Origin: an uncultured bacterium
GTDB lineage: Bacteria; Patescibacteriota; Minisyncoccia; Phycocordibacterales; UBA6065
Reading direction: 5' to 3'
Assembly (NCBI GenBank): GCA_903842365.1
Contig: CAIMLU010000004.1
Coordinates: 1 to 44,830 of the forward strand
Length of the DNA stretch: 44,830 bases
Shown: in pieces, positions 10,068 through 19,770 of the stretch
Layout: each line of letters begins with the position of its first letter
Numbering within the stretch: position 1 is the stretch's first letter
The notes under the pieces: generated by a model
What the model was told of the DNA's origin: nothing
What the model saw: the letters and a program-made list of their open reading frames with translations, nothing else
The model's database searches: none
Translations under genes and position numbers: made by a program

Positions 10068-10463
10068 CTATTTACCACCCGGTAAACCAACACCGGCGAA
10101 TGCCATCACACCAACTGAGTAGAGAGGAAAACAACCTGTTCCAGCATACATCCAACACGCCTGGACGCCAGCAAGGTATGCGCCGAGGTGTGGTGCACCT
10201 GGCATGGTAATTGTATAATTTGGAAATGGAACCGTTCCTTCTGGTACGTATACCATAGGACCGGTCATGGGAGCAGAAGAAAGATAGAGCGGTGCAAACC
10301 ATGACCATAAACTTGCACTACATGTGCATGGTATTGGCGTTATAACTGGATACCCACCCCACGAAAGGAGAGGTGGAACTAAAGCGTAACTGTGAAATGG
10401 TGGCATCATAAAGAGCACCATACTTGTTATCAAAACCGAACTTTTCCAAAAAAAGTTTTTCAT
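10068..10463 (-). CDS. small secreted Cys/Pro/Gly-rich hypothetical protein
   Basis: signal-like N-terminus ending SYA; CTCS and CWMYAGTGC. Confidence 0.75.
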   Translation of the reverse strand: MKNFFWKSSVLITSMVLFMMPPFHSYALVPPLLSWGGYPVITPIPCTCSASLWSWFAPLYLSSAPMTGPMVYVPEGTVPFPNYTITMPGAPHLGAYLAGVQACWMYAGTGCFPLYSVGVMAFAGVGLPGGK

Positions 10464-10468
10464 ACTAT

Positions 10469-11662
10469 TTAGAATTGAACTTCAAAAAAGAACGGCTCAT
10501 CACTCATACCGGCGTCTGTCTTTGCATATACCGCAAACTTGAATTTTGACCCACTTTTTACGTATGGTGACTCGGTAAAATTTTTCATATATTGAAGCGA
10601 TTTCAAATTAATTGAATTCGACGAGCCAAGAACCCAACCGACCGAAGTATACAGACCCTCGAGACCTGATAAGGAGTCACCACGAACAACAATGGTGCCG
10701 TCCGGACTCACAACAGATGGTTCAACGCTTGTTATCTTGGGAAGAGGTTTTGGACTATTAGTAACCATTATATGTATAGGCCTCTCTGTCGACAGTGTCG
10801 AACCACGACTATTTTTCACATACACATTATATGAGCCTTCAGAAACAGAAGGAGGAATGGTTGTGGTAAAACTCATACCATCGCCACTCTCAGCCGAGAG
10901 AGATGCGGTGTCACCAACATAGAGCGTGTTACCTTGTGATTGAAAACCCATCCCTTTTACAACGACGACACCACCAGGTCTTACTTGATATGGCGACACT
11001 TGAAAAAGTGATGGCGCGACTTTGTCAGCCACTCTGTTATAAAAACCATCGGCAGTATAACGAGGGTCAGGATGAGAAACAGCCTCTTGATACTTGCCAA
11101 CCTGTTTTGCAATCTCGCTTTGCATGAATGAATTCATGTCAGTGGTAATCGCCTGCGAAGCAGTATTATTTCCTGTTGAAATTGGTGCATCTGGTACAAG
11201 CGATGGAATCTTTGTGTCGACAATCTTTCGATCAACAAGGTCCACACCTTGCGCCACAATACCACCCAAGCATGATTTTTTCGCCTCAGGTTTTGTTAAT
11301 ACATCACATAAACTTTTTGACTGTTTCTCGACCGCGAGTGTTGAAATACATTCATCGGTCTCGATGACTGACAAACCATTACACCTAGAAACAAGAGCGG
11401 GTAAAGATGGCGCCGTAATTATTGTTGAGGTGGTAGTTGCAGTAGGTTTTGCAGGGCGGAAACAAGGCTTCGTTGAGTCATCAAACTGCCACACAATACA
11501 ATCCTTTGAATTACTGAGCGTATTATTCTGAGCAGATCCCACATTAATGTTTTGGGAAGGAGTTCCACCAAGCCCATTCCATAAAAACCAAAATACAAAA
11601 AAAACAAACGCAACAACGGCGATACTAATACCAACCCACAACAAAACGTTCTTTTTATTCAC
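10469..11662 (-). CDS. membrane-anchored protein with a Cys-helical module and two IPT/TIG-like domains
   Basis: start reassigned to GTG 11662 (TATACT 6 nt upstream); N-terminal TM; VSPYQVRPGGVVVVKGMGF and PKITSVEPSVVSPDGTIVVRG resemble IPT/TIG. Confidence 0.75.
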   Translation of the reverse strand: MNKKNVLLWVGISIAVVAFVFFVFWFLWNGLGGTPSQNINVGSAQNNTLSNSKDCIVWQFDDSTKPCFRPAKPTATTTSTIITAPSLPALVSRCNGLSVIETDECISTLAVEKQSKSLCDVLTKPEAKKSCLGGIVAQGVDLVDRKIVDTKIPSLVPDAPISTGNNTASQAITTDMNSFMQSEIAKQVGKYQEAVSHPDPRYTADGFYNRVADKVAPSLFQVSPYQVRPGGVVVVKGMGFQSQGNTLYVGDTASLSAESGDGMSFTTTIPPSVSEGSYNVYVKNSRGSTLSTERPIHIMVTNSPKPLPKITSVEPSVVSPDGTIVVRGDSLSGLEGLYTSVGWVLGSSNSINLKSLQYMKNFTESPYVKSGSKFKFAVYAKTDAGMSDEPFFFEVQF

Positions 11663-11760
11663 ATCACCAGTATATCGAACCCGCACAAAAGAAGCACGTC
11701 TAACATATTGCCACCTTGAACATAGGACAATATTCAGAAACATGAACCAAATGAGTATTC

Positions 11761-12438
11761 TTATTTTCCAATCAAAGATCCATCTGTTGTATACAAGGTT
11801 GGATCGATATCGCTATGGGCATCAGTTGTGTACGTCGTCGCTGTTGCGTCGGTAGAATTTGTCTTTGGAACGTCCCCGGTACCGCCATTTGTTGGCTTTG
11901 AAATAGACACAAGGCTTGTATCTGTCGTTACCGTACTTGGTTTTGTAACAGTATTCTTACAAACACTCTGTGCATTAGCACTTGTAATATACGCACACAA
12001 AGACACCAGTTTCTTGGAGAAGGCAATCGCAGCAATGCACTCATTCCGATTAATTTCAGAGAGATCGCAACAACTACTTAAAGCAGCAGGGAATTGGCAC
12101 TTGGTGGTAACAACTGGTGGTTTTATACTATCCGCAATTGAAAAAGAGCTTGCTGATGGTTTAATCGTTGAAACAGCGGCAACCTGTTTTGGTGTTGCTG
12201 CAATTTCTGAGGTTGTTGTTGCAACAGTAGAATTAAGATCTACATTAAAATCACTTATCGTCGCTCTTGGATCCGGCTTCTTTGCAACCTCTGTTGGCCA
12301 GCCAAGCGAAAGCGTTTGTTCAGTTTTTGAACCAATCACAGAAACGAGTGGTGCTCGCTGCGAGCTGTACCACAACGCTAAACCAACCACACAAAGCAGT
12401 ACGAAGGAAAGACTAATGACAAGAATTTTTTTATTCAC
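11761..12438 (-). CDS. shorter paralog of the neighbouring membrane-anchored Cys-module protein
   Basis: start reassigned to GTG 12438 (TATTAT 6 nt upstream); MNKK+TM; shared C..LS.I...ECI...A......LC...........C and DP-Y-T.DG motifs. Confidence 0.7.
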   Translation of the reverse strand: MNKKILVISLSFVLLCVVGLALWYSSQRAPLVSVIGSKTEQTLSLGWPTEVAKKPDPRATISDFNVDLNSTVATTTSEIAATPKQVAAVSTIKPSASSFSIADSIKPPVVTTKCQFPAALSSCCDLSEINRNECIAAIAFSKKLVSLCAYITSANAQSVCKNTVTKPSTVTTDTSLVSISKPTNGGTGDVPKTNSTDATATTYTTDAHSDIDPTLYTTDGSLIGK

Positions 12439-12495
12439 ACGACAATAATACAACGACGTGCAGAACAGAGCCACCTCAGATATACTGTAACCACA

Positions 12496-13383
12496 ATGCA
12501 ATCGAAAACTAAAATCGCAACGACGTTCGCAATCGCACTTGTTATTATCTCTATCGCCTTTGCTACTCGTGAAAAAAACAAGCCTGCAGTAAAAACCACC
12601 CAAGAAGAAGTTCGTGAAATTGTCCAGGCTGCACTACAAAAATCAATCAAAAATCCAGACGCCGAAGCGGTAAAAGCCTGGGAAGATTCAATCTACAAAA
12701 ATCACCCAGAAATGGATGAATTATTGAACGGTACATCGACCACAATTACACTGAGTAGCACCACACAACCAACAGCAACCGATCTCTTTGCGCGTGATTT
12801 GTTGACAAAATACATGGAAGCCAAGCAACAGGGCAAGGAAATCGATGCTCAGGTGCAAAAAGAAATTGTCGATGCAATCCTTGGAAAGACATATGTTATC
12901 GAAGAACCTGAATACGATGGAGCGGGCCTTACCACTATCGCAAACCCAACCCTCTCTGATTTTAAAATGTACGGAAATAAAATGGGTGTAGTAGCAAAAA
13001 CACCTTATCCAGCAAATGTTGTTCATGAAATTAACATATTTCAACAACTCTCACAGGGAGGGCTGAGCGATATGGACCTTGCAAGTCTTGCGGTTATCAA
13101 AAAACGCTATGAATCAATGCGTAGCGCATTTATTGCCATCTCTATTCCGCAAGAACTTACTGAATTTCACCTAAAAATCATTCGTGGTGTTGATGGAATA
13201 CTCAAAGCACTAGAAGGTGCAACCACCATCGACACTGACCCTATTGGATCTATGTCGAAAATAACAAGGTACCAAGAAGCCCTCGACACCATGACCGCAG
13301 CTATTATGGGCATAAAATCGAGCCTCATTGAAAACAATGTTTCATTCTCCCCAAATGAACCCGGTCATTTATTTATGGAATAA
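12496..13383 (+). CDS. hypothetical membrane-anchored helical protein (start of the T4SS-like locus)
   Basis: 295-aa ORF with N-terminal hydrophobic segment; TATACT at 12481. Confidence 0.8.
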   Translation: MQSKTKIATTFAIALVIISIAFATREKNKPAVKTTQEEVREIVQAALQKSIKNPDAEAVKAWEDSIYKNHPEMDELLNGTSTTITLSSTTQPTATDLFARDLLTKYMEAKQQGKEIDAQVQKEIVDAILGKTYVIEEPEYDGAGLTTIANPTLSDFKMYGNKMGVVAKTPYPANVVHEINIFQQLSQGGLSDMDLASLAVIKKRYESMRSAFIAISIPQELTEFHLKIIRGVDGILKALEGATTIDTDPIGSMSKITRYQEALDTMTAAIMGIKSSLIENNVSFSPNEPGHLFME

Positions 13384-13406
13384 GGTATACTTAAAGGAAT
13401 AATTCT

Positions 13407-15908
13407 ATGACCATGAAGGATGTTTTTAACAAATCAATTGCCGGTGCGCTTGTAGTTGCATTCATCGTGCCAGCGAGTTTCGCCTTCATGCCTAAAAAAG
13501 CGGAAGCTCAGCAGGGAAAAATAAGTGCTTGTGTTGCAGGTTTACTTACAGCAATAGGTGTATCAACGCCAGCATTCCTAAAAGACACCGTAGGGGTCTC
13601 CACAGGACACGGAGGTTCTGTTGTTGATGCAACAGACACTGGAAATTCAGGCGGAATTTCTTTCAACTCCTGTATCCTTCAACCCCTTGCAAAAATAATG
13701 ATTATTACACTCATCCGCCAGATCGGAGCGAGTGTTGTTGATTGGGTTAACAATGGTTTTGAAGGCAAACCGTCCTTTGTCACTGATTTTGAAGGAACCT
13801 TGCGCGATGCTGCTGATAATGCCCTCGGTGAATTTATCGAAGGATCAGAATTAGGTTGGCTCTGTTCAAATTTTTCATTCCAAATCCGCATCGCCCTTGC
13901 GATGAAATATAGCAAACCATGGAAAAGAAAGGCTCAGTGTACCCTTACAAAAATCAATCAAAATATTGATAATTTTGTTCAAAATAACGGAGGTGCTGGT
14001 TGGGATAACTGGTTAGAAGTGACCTCGGAACCTCAAAATAACTGGATCGGCGCTTATTATATGGCCGACTCAGAACTTGCAGCCAGGATGATGAAAGCAA
14101 CGGACATCAAAGAAAAACGCATCACCATGGGCGCGGGTTTTCTTGATTTTGAAACGTGTGACGATTGGGAAACAGACACAGAGGCAATGAACCGCGCATA
14201 TGGTACTCAGGGAGGAACATCTAACACAGTAAACACTAATACGTTTGGTACTCAGGGAGGAACATTTAACACAGTAAACACTAATACGTTTGGTACTCAG
14301 GGAGGAACATCTAACGCAGCAAACACTAATACATTCAATCTTGAACCAGCTTTTGCCCCCGCTGATTTAAGAACAAACGATGAGGTTTTAAATACTAAAT
14401 TTGAGACAACATTACTACCATCATCAAAACCAAAGTGTAAGAAATCATCGACAAAGACCCCAGGAACCATCATCGCAGGAAAATTGAATAGCACCTTTAT
14501 GCAAGGCGATATTCAAGCCGCAGTAGCGCAGGAAATTGATGACGTCATTGCTGCAACCCTGAACCAAATCGCAAAAAAAATGATGACAGGAGCAATGGGG
14601 CTTCTTGGCCTCTCAAAAAAGAAAGGTGGGTCAAATGTAAACTATGGTAAAAAATATGAAGCATTGTATTGGGGAGGACAAACACCCACATCAACAGAGG
14701 CTGCCGATACTGGCGCACAATCAGAAATGGATGCATACCGAAATGAAACGAGTGATTTCAATGCTACCCAGAACTTAATAAACACAAATTCTGACACCGT
14801 TAAAATCAACCAGTATACAGACCAAAAAGCACAAGAAGCGTACAACCAACAACAAGAACAGCTCAACAACATAACAGACCAGTTCACTGGCGTCGTCGAT
14901 GCATCAGAACGAAATGTTGCCCTTGGCAAGACAGCGACACAATCAACAACAGATGCTTCTGCAATGAACGCGGTAAACGGGATCACCACCGAAGGGTCAA
15001 ACACAGTATCAAAACCAGCATCAACCCACCAAGTCACAGCAGACGAAGCTCTTTATAGTGGAAACGCTGGTGACATTCGTCCATGGTGGCAAGTTGACCT
15101 TGGAAGAGTAGAGAAAATAAAAGAGGTTCGTATATACCCAGCTCAAAATAAGCCCGTAAACGTAACACTCGAGACATTTACCATCACTCTTTCAAACAAC
15201 CCAACTGATGCCTCGGCAAGCCCTACTTGGACAAGTGACGTCATTACAGGAACCGCAAACTATCCAATCAAAATTGCAATCCCAGCAACGGGCGCGTGGA
15301 GGTATGCCCGTATAACGAAAAACGCAAAAAAGGACACGTCATGCTACAACAACCCAGCATCATATCAATCTGCCGCATGTTATCACGCACTTGAATTGGC
15401 AGAGGTAGAGGTTATTGTTCCACTTGAAACCACAAACCTATTCCCAGGAACAGCCTCAACAAGTACAAGCTCTGGCACAAACACCGTAAATGGTGATTCA
15501 GGGAAACTTGTGTGGACCACAAATCAAAACAATATCCAGATTTCAAAAGGTAACCTAGTGTCGTTCAACCAAACACTTTCTGGGGCAAATAAATCAAACC
15601 TTACCATTACCACAACGCTCTACGAAGGAACAAAAAATATCACCTTTGGATCGCTTTTTAGCGTCCTAACAGTAGGGTGGGGCAATGGATCAACAGAGCG
15701 AAACTCAATGACGTTTGATAGCACAATGACCCACGGTGCACTCAAATTAACCAATGTATCAACAACAAACGCATCGCAATTTTTCCTCAAATACAACGGC
15801 CTTACCAAAACCTCTACAAAATCAGGAACATACCGAATGGAAGCGATTGTTACCGATGGGGCGGGGAATAACCTTGGCACACTCTCGACACAGTTTGTGA
15901 TACAATAA
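13407..15908 (+). CDS. large secreted protein with an F5/8-type C / F-type lectin-like domain
   Basis: signal peptide (KKAEA); NVALGKTATQS...AVNG...H...PWWQVDLG...RYARI...LELAEVEV. Confidence 0.75.
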   Translation: MTMKDVFNKSIAGALVVAFIVPASFAFMPKKAEAQQGKISACVAGLLTAIGVSTPAFLKDTVGVSTGHGGSVVDATDTGNSGGISFNSCILQPLAKIMIITLIRQIGASVVDWVNNGFEGKPSFVTDFEGTLRDAADNALGEFIEGSELGWLCSNFSFQIRIALAMKYSKPWKRKAQCTLTKINQNIDNFVQNNGGAGWDNWLEVTSEPQNNWIGAYYMADSELAARMMKATDIKEKRITMGAGFLDFETCDDWETDTEAMNRAYGTQGGTSNTVNTNTFGTQGGTFNTVNTNTFGTQGGTSNAANTNTFNLEPAFAPADLRTNDEVLNTKFETTLLPSSKPKCKKSSTKTPGTIIAGKLNSTFMQGDIQAAVAQEIDDVIAATLNQIAKKMMTGAMGLLGLSKKKGGSNVNYGKKYEALYWGGQTPTSTEAADTGAQSEMDAYRNETSDFNATQNLINTNSDTVKINQYTDQKAQEAYNQQQEQLNNITDQFTGVVDASERNVALGKTATQSTTDASAMNAVNGITTEGSNTVSKPASTHQVTADEALYSGNAGDIRPWWQVDLGRVEKIKEVRIYPAQNKPVNVTLETFTITLSNNPTDASASPTWTSDVITGTANYPIKIAIPATGAWRYARITKNAKKDTSCYNNPASYQSAACYHALELAEVEVIVPLETTNLFPGTASTSTSSGTNTVNGDSGKLVWTTNQNNIQISKGNLVSFNQTLSGANKSNLTITTTLYEGTKNITFGSLFSVLTVGWGNGSTERNSMTFDSTMTHGALKLTNVSTTNASQFFLKYNGLTKTSTKSGTYRMEAIVTDGAGNNLGTLSTQFVIQ
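14201..14335 (+). repeat. 3 x 45-bp in-frame tandem repeat (GTQGGTSNTVNTNTF)
   Basis: units start at 14201, 14246 and 14291; near-identical TGGTACTCAGGGAGGAACAT...AAACACTAATAC. Confidence 0.95.
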
Positions 15909-15914
15909 AAACCA

Positions 15915-18656
15915 ATGAAAAAGCTCTTGAGTAAAAAACATTCCATACTTACACTAACTATTATCGTGTTTGTGGTGTTTTTGCTTAGTCCTCAAACAGG
16001 AATTGCAGCTGATACCCTTGATGCACTCGGTACAATAGCAAACGTGCTAACAGCTCCTATGAATTTCATACAAGGTATATTTGGTCAAATACTTTATTTC
16101 GTTGTTCTATGGCCACTCAACCTATACGTACGCGCTAATGGTTTTGCCCTTGATGTTATTATAAGAATGACGTTTGGTTTTTCGGCCTTTTACAAAGATA
16201 GCCCCGCAATAAAAGCTGGTTGGGTCGCTGTACGTGATGTGTGTAACTTGTTCTTTATATTCATACTTATCTTTGCATCAATAAAGACAATCATCTATTC
16301 AAAGGTTCAAAAGGATCTCATCAAAAACACCATTCTTGGTGCCATCGCCATCAACTTTAGTATGTTTGTTGTTTTGGCAATGATTGATATTGGAAACATA
16401 CTTTCCATTTGGATTTATAATGCTATTTTGTCCGCAACAGGTACAAGTGGAGGTTTAGGATCAGCGCTTGGTGCAGCATTTAATCCAGCAAAATTTCTTG
16501 GATCAGGCAGCCTTGTACCAAGTGCAATAACCGATAATAGCGGACTCCAGGCAGTGATTATCCTTTGTGTTATAACATTCCTTATTGCACAAACCTTCAC
16601 AAAAGCAAACGCCCTCTTTATAGGACGAATGATTGCCTTTGTATTTCACATCATCCTTGCCCCCGTTGGAATGCTCTCTCTTTTTAAATTAGCACCGAAA
16701 GAATTTAGTGATGAATATGATTGGTGGAAAAACGTGAAAGAAGACGCCTTGATGCCCGTGTACTACCTCCTGCTTCTCTTTGTCTCAATTTACTTTACGA
16801 TTTCAGTAAAAGACACACTCTCAGCCACGAAGGCCGGTGACCTTATTGGTGCTGGAGGCAAGTTCCTGCAGGGTTCGAGTTTTGGCATTGTTGATTTCAT
16901 TATTTTCTACATTATCTATAAGCTTTTTGATCAAAGCTACACAATCGCAAAAAAACACAGTGGTAGTATCACTAGTAAAATAGGAGGGGCTATTAACGCT
17001 GCATTTGAGGTTGCAAAAGTAGTTGCCATGACCATAGCAACAGCGGGTGTAGGAACTGCTTTGCAGGGTAGTAGGCTAGGGCTAAGCCTTGCAAAAACAG
17101 CTGGTGGAACGGGTATGAGGGCTATGGCAGCGCAGAGAGTGCTTACAGCTGCAAGGGGCGCACGAAGCACCGGAACAATGATGACAAAGATAACAGGCGC
17201 CGTCAGTAAGAACTTTGATAAATACGACCTCAAAAAAGCTCCTGGCGTTGGACAGATCGTTGCTGATGCAACAAAAAGTAAAGCTGACATCTACCAAAAA
17301 GGCATGGGTGTAAAGGGTATAGTAGGCGGACTTGTACTATCGGCAAGAGAGACAGCAAAAAATAATCTCGAAAAATTCACCGAAAACGTTATTGCGCCAA
17401 ACAGTGAAGGTGACCTGGATATCGCAGGAAGACAGCGTATGGCTGAGTATGCCAAGAATTTTGTAGACAAAGACCCATCATCACTTCGAGGTCTTGCAGC
17501 TAAACTCATATCAAAAGCAGGAAAGGGAATAGACGCTGCTGCAAAGAAAGAAGTGGATGAGGCTATTGCTGAACAAATGGAAACAAAAGAGATTGAGGTT
17601 AATGGAGTAAAGACAAAAGTAGCCCCTCTTGAGCAAAAAATCACAGCAGATGTAAGTTCACATAAAACCCAAAGCACAATACGTGCACTTGGTGAAAACA
17701 AGAGTGCGATAAAGGAGCGAGAGGAAAAGATAAATAAAGAAAAAGAACCCATTATTGAGTCAGAGAACAAACTGACCCAAGAGATTGCTAACCTCAATAA
17801 AAACCTTGGGGACGTAAAAAAAACTGGTTCTCAATTAGAAACAAAAATGCGTGCAGAGGGTTTTGAAAAAGACCCAGAGAATCTAGAGGACAACTCAGGA
17901 CTCACGGACACCAGTGGAAAACCTATACCCACAACAATGAAAGGTCCTGGGGACAAAATAATGACAGTCGCTGAATACAAAGCCTTACATGCCGCCGCAA
18001 AAAATCGTATTGAACAAGAACACTCAGCGCGAATTACAGAGCTAGCGGGCGAAATAAGTAAAAAAGAAGAAGCACTGAGAGAAAATGAGGGCAAGAGAAA
18101 ACTGATAGAAAAAGAGACGGAGGACGTTCGCCTCGAGATTGAAGCACTCAATAATAATATCAGCGTTGGAGAGTTAAAAGATTACAAAGAAACAAAAAAG
18201 AAACTGGAAGAGATAGACAAAGGTTTATCCGAGGTTGGGTGGCAGTTTGTTCCTAATGAACCAGCAGAAACGACAAAAAGGAGACATGACCTTCTTGAGG
18301 GAAAGAATAAATTAGGAGAAATGGGTGAAAAAGTTGAACGAGCACGTAATCGTAAAGAAAAACCAAAAGGTGTGGACGGAAAGGAAATAGACACCCAAGG
18401 TATGACTGACGATGAAATTAGATACAAGGCTTCTATTGAACAGGTAAAAATGGAACTTCGTGGAGCTGCACTAAAAAACATAAACAAGGACCTGGGTGGT
18501 ACGAAAACATACAAAAATTACACAGAATTGAGCGAAGGTGTAAAAAAGGCACAAGATGATGAAGTAAAGAAAAATCGAGAATTAGTAGAGAAAAAACAAG
18601 CTGAGGAATACTCTAAACCAAAAGAAGAAAAGCCCCCTGAAGAAGAGAAAAAATAA
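15915..18656 (+). CDS. VirB6/TrbL-like polytopic membrane protein with a long charged coiled-coil tail
   Basis: GWVAVRDVCNLFFIFILIF...AINFSMFVV..MIDIGN pattern; about 7-8 TM segments then K/E-rich tail; T4SS context. Confidence 0.65.
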   Translation: MKKLLSKKHSILTLTIIVFVVFLLSPQTGIAADTLDALGTIANVLTAPMNFIQGIFGQILYFVVLWPLNLYVRANGFALDVIIRMTFGFSAFYKDSPAIKAGWVAVRDVCNLFFIFILIFASIKTIIYSKVQKDLIKNTILGAIAINFSMFVVLAMIDIGNILSIWIYNAILSATGTSGGLGSALGAAFNPAKFLGSGSLVPSAITDNSGLQAVIILCVITFLIAQTFTKANALFIGRMIAFVFHIILAPVGMLSLFKLAPKEFSDEYDWWKNVKEDALMPVYYLLLLFVSIYFTISVKDTLSATKAGDLIGAGGKFLQGSSFGIVDFIIFYIIYKLFDQSYTIAKKHSGSITSKIGGAINAAFEVAKVVAMTIATAGVGTALQGSRLGLSLAKTAGGTGMRAMAAQRVLTAARGARSTGTMMTKITGAVSKNFDKYDLKKAPGVGQIVADATKSKADIYQKGMGVKGIVGGLVLSARETAKNNLEKFTENVIAPNSEGDLDIAGRQRMAEYAKNFVDKDPSSLRGLAAKLISKAGKGIDAAAKKEVDEAIAEQMETKEIEVNGVKTKVAPLEQKITADVSSHKTQSTIRALGENKSAIKEREEKINKEKEPIIESENKLTQEIANLNKNLGDVKKTGSQLETKMRAEGFEKDPENLEDNSGLTDTSGKPIPTTMKGPGDKIMTVAEYKALHAAAKNRIEQEHSARITELAGEISKKEEALRENEGKRKLIEKETEDVRLEIEALNNNISVGELKDYKETKKKLEEIDKGLSEVGWQFVPNEPAETTKRRHDLLEGKNKLGEMGEKVERARNRKEKPKGVDGKEIDTQGMTDDEIRYKASIEQVKMELRGAALKNINKDLGGTKTYKNYTELSEGVKKAQDDEVKKNRELVEKKQAEEYSKPKEEKPPEEEKK

Positions 18657-18679
18657 ACCTGAAACTAAATAAAACAAAC

Positions 18680-19243
18680 ATGGAACCTGATCAGGAATTA
18701 GTAGCAAAAAAGTATGAAACACTACCCCAAGAGCTCAAAGAGCTCTTGGATTCTCCTGATGTTGGCGTTCAATTGCTTGAGATAGGTGCTCAAAACGGCC
18801 TCCATTACGATAAATTAGGGCTCTTGAGTAATGAAGTAATTAATGTGGTTCTTGGTGCAAAGGGACGTGATGATTTTATGTCAAACATAGAATCACTCCT
18901 CTCTATTGATCCACAAACCGCACAAAACATTACAAACGATGTAAACGAGAAAATACTCAAGCCAGTACAACACCTCTTGTTTGGGGAACACGAGGATCAT
19001 AAAGATATCAAAAAAGAAGATTTGCTTGCCGAAATTGAAAACCCAACCCCACACCAAACAAACAAAGTTGTATCGGTAGCAACACAAGTAAAAGCAGACA
19101 TTCCTCTTCCAGAAACCATTGATCCTGTTCAATCAATAATCGAGAAAAAACTATCAGAAGTCGTCTCCACACCGACCGAACACACGATTATTGAAGAAAA
19201 AAAGAAACCAAAGGTTGATCCATACCGAGAACCCATAGTGTAG
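18680..19243 (+). CDS. hypothetical protein with a C-terminal DPYREP motif
   Basis: 187 aa ending KVDPYREPIV. Confidence 0.8.
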   Translation: MEPDQELVAKKYETLPQELKELLDSPDVGVQLLEIGAQNGLHYDKLGLLSNEVINVVLGAKGRDDFMSNIESLLSIDPQTAQNITNDVNEKILKPVQHLLFGEHEDHKDIKKEDLLAEIENPTPHQTNKVVSVATQVKADIPLPETIDPVQSIIEKKLSEVVSTPTEHTIIEEKKKPKVDPYREPIV

Positions 19244-19250
19244 GATATAC

Positions 19251-19284
19251 GCAAAACAGGCCCACGTGGCCTGTTTTGCATTTT
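19251..19284 (+). terminator. intrinsic terminator
   Basis: GCAAAACAGGCC-CACGT-GGCCTGTTTTGC followed by ATTTT. Confidence 0.75.
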
Positions 19285-19312
19285 ATGCAATAGAGGGCGA
19301 TAATAGGTGTAT

Positions 19313-19765
19313 ATGCAGTTTCAAGTTCCCCAATTCATAGAAGTCGAAGATAAAATCTTTGGACCACTTACTTTGAAACAATTTATTTACCTTACAGGTA
19401 CTTTTGGTCTTGCGTTTGCCCTATATTCCCTGATAAGCAAAGTAAGTACTGTGCTGGGTATAATTGCAGGTATTCCATGCGTTGGTTTTGGTCTTGCCTT
19501 GGCATTCTATAAGTTCAACGAAAAACCCTTCCTCAATATTATTGAATCCGCGGTAAAGTTTTACTTCTCTGAAAAACTCTATATCTGGAAAAAGAAAGAG
19601 GAGACGAAACCACAAGAGACAATTCGAATAGTACAACAGATGGTAAATCCAAATTTTGCAATACCAAAACTTTCCGACAGTAGACTCAAAGACCTCACCT
19701 GGAGTCTCGACATCAAACAATCAACAACCCCACTTATGAATCAAAAGGGGCAGAATAACATATAG
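19313..19765 (+). CDS. PrgI family protein (VirB3-like)
   Basis: MQFQVPQFIEVEDKIFGPLTLKQF followed by two TM helices. Confidence 0.85.
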   Translation: MQFQVPQFIEVEDKIFGPLTLKQFIYLTGTFGLAFALYSLISKVSTVLGIIAGIPCVGFGLALAFYKFNEKPFLNIIESAVKFYFSEKLYIWKKKEETKPQETIRIVQQMVNPNFAIPKLSDSRLKDLTWSLDIKQSTTPLMNQKGQNNI

Positions 19766-19770
19766 CATCC

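Noticed and set aside
14201-14335. CRISPR array
   Set aside because: The repeats are contiguous with no unique spacers, in frame within a CDS, and there are no cas genes.
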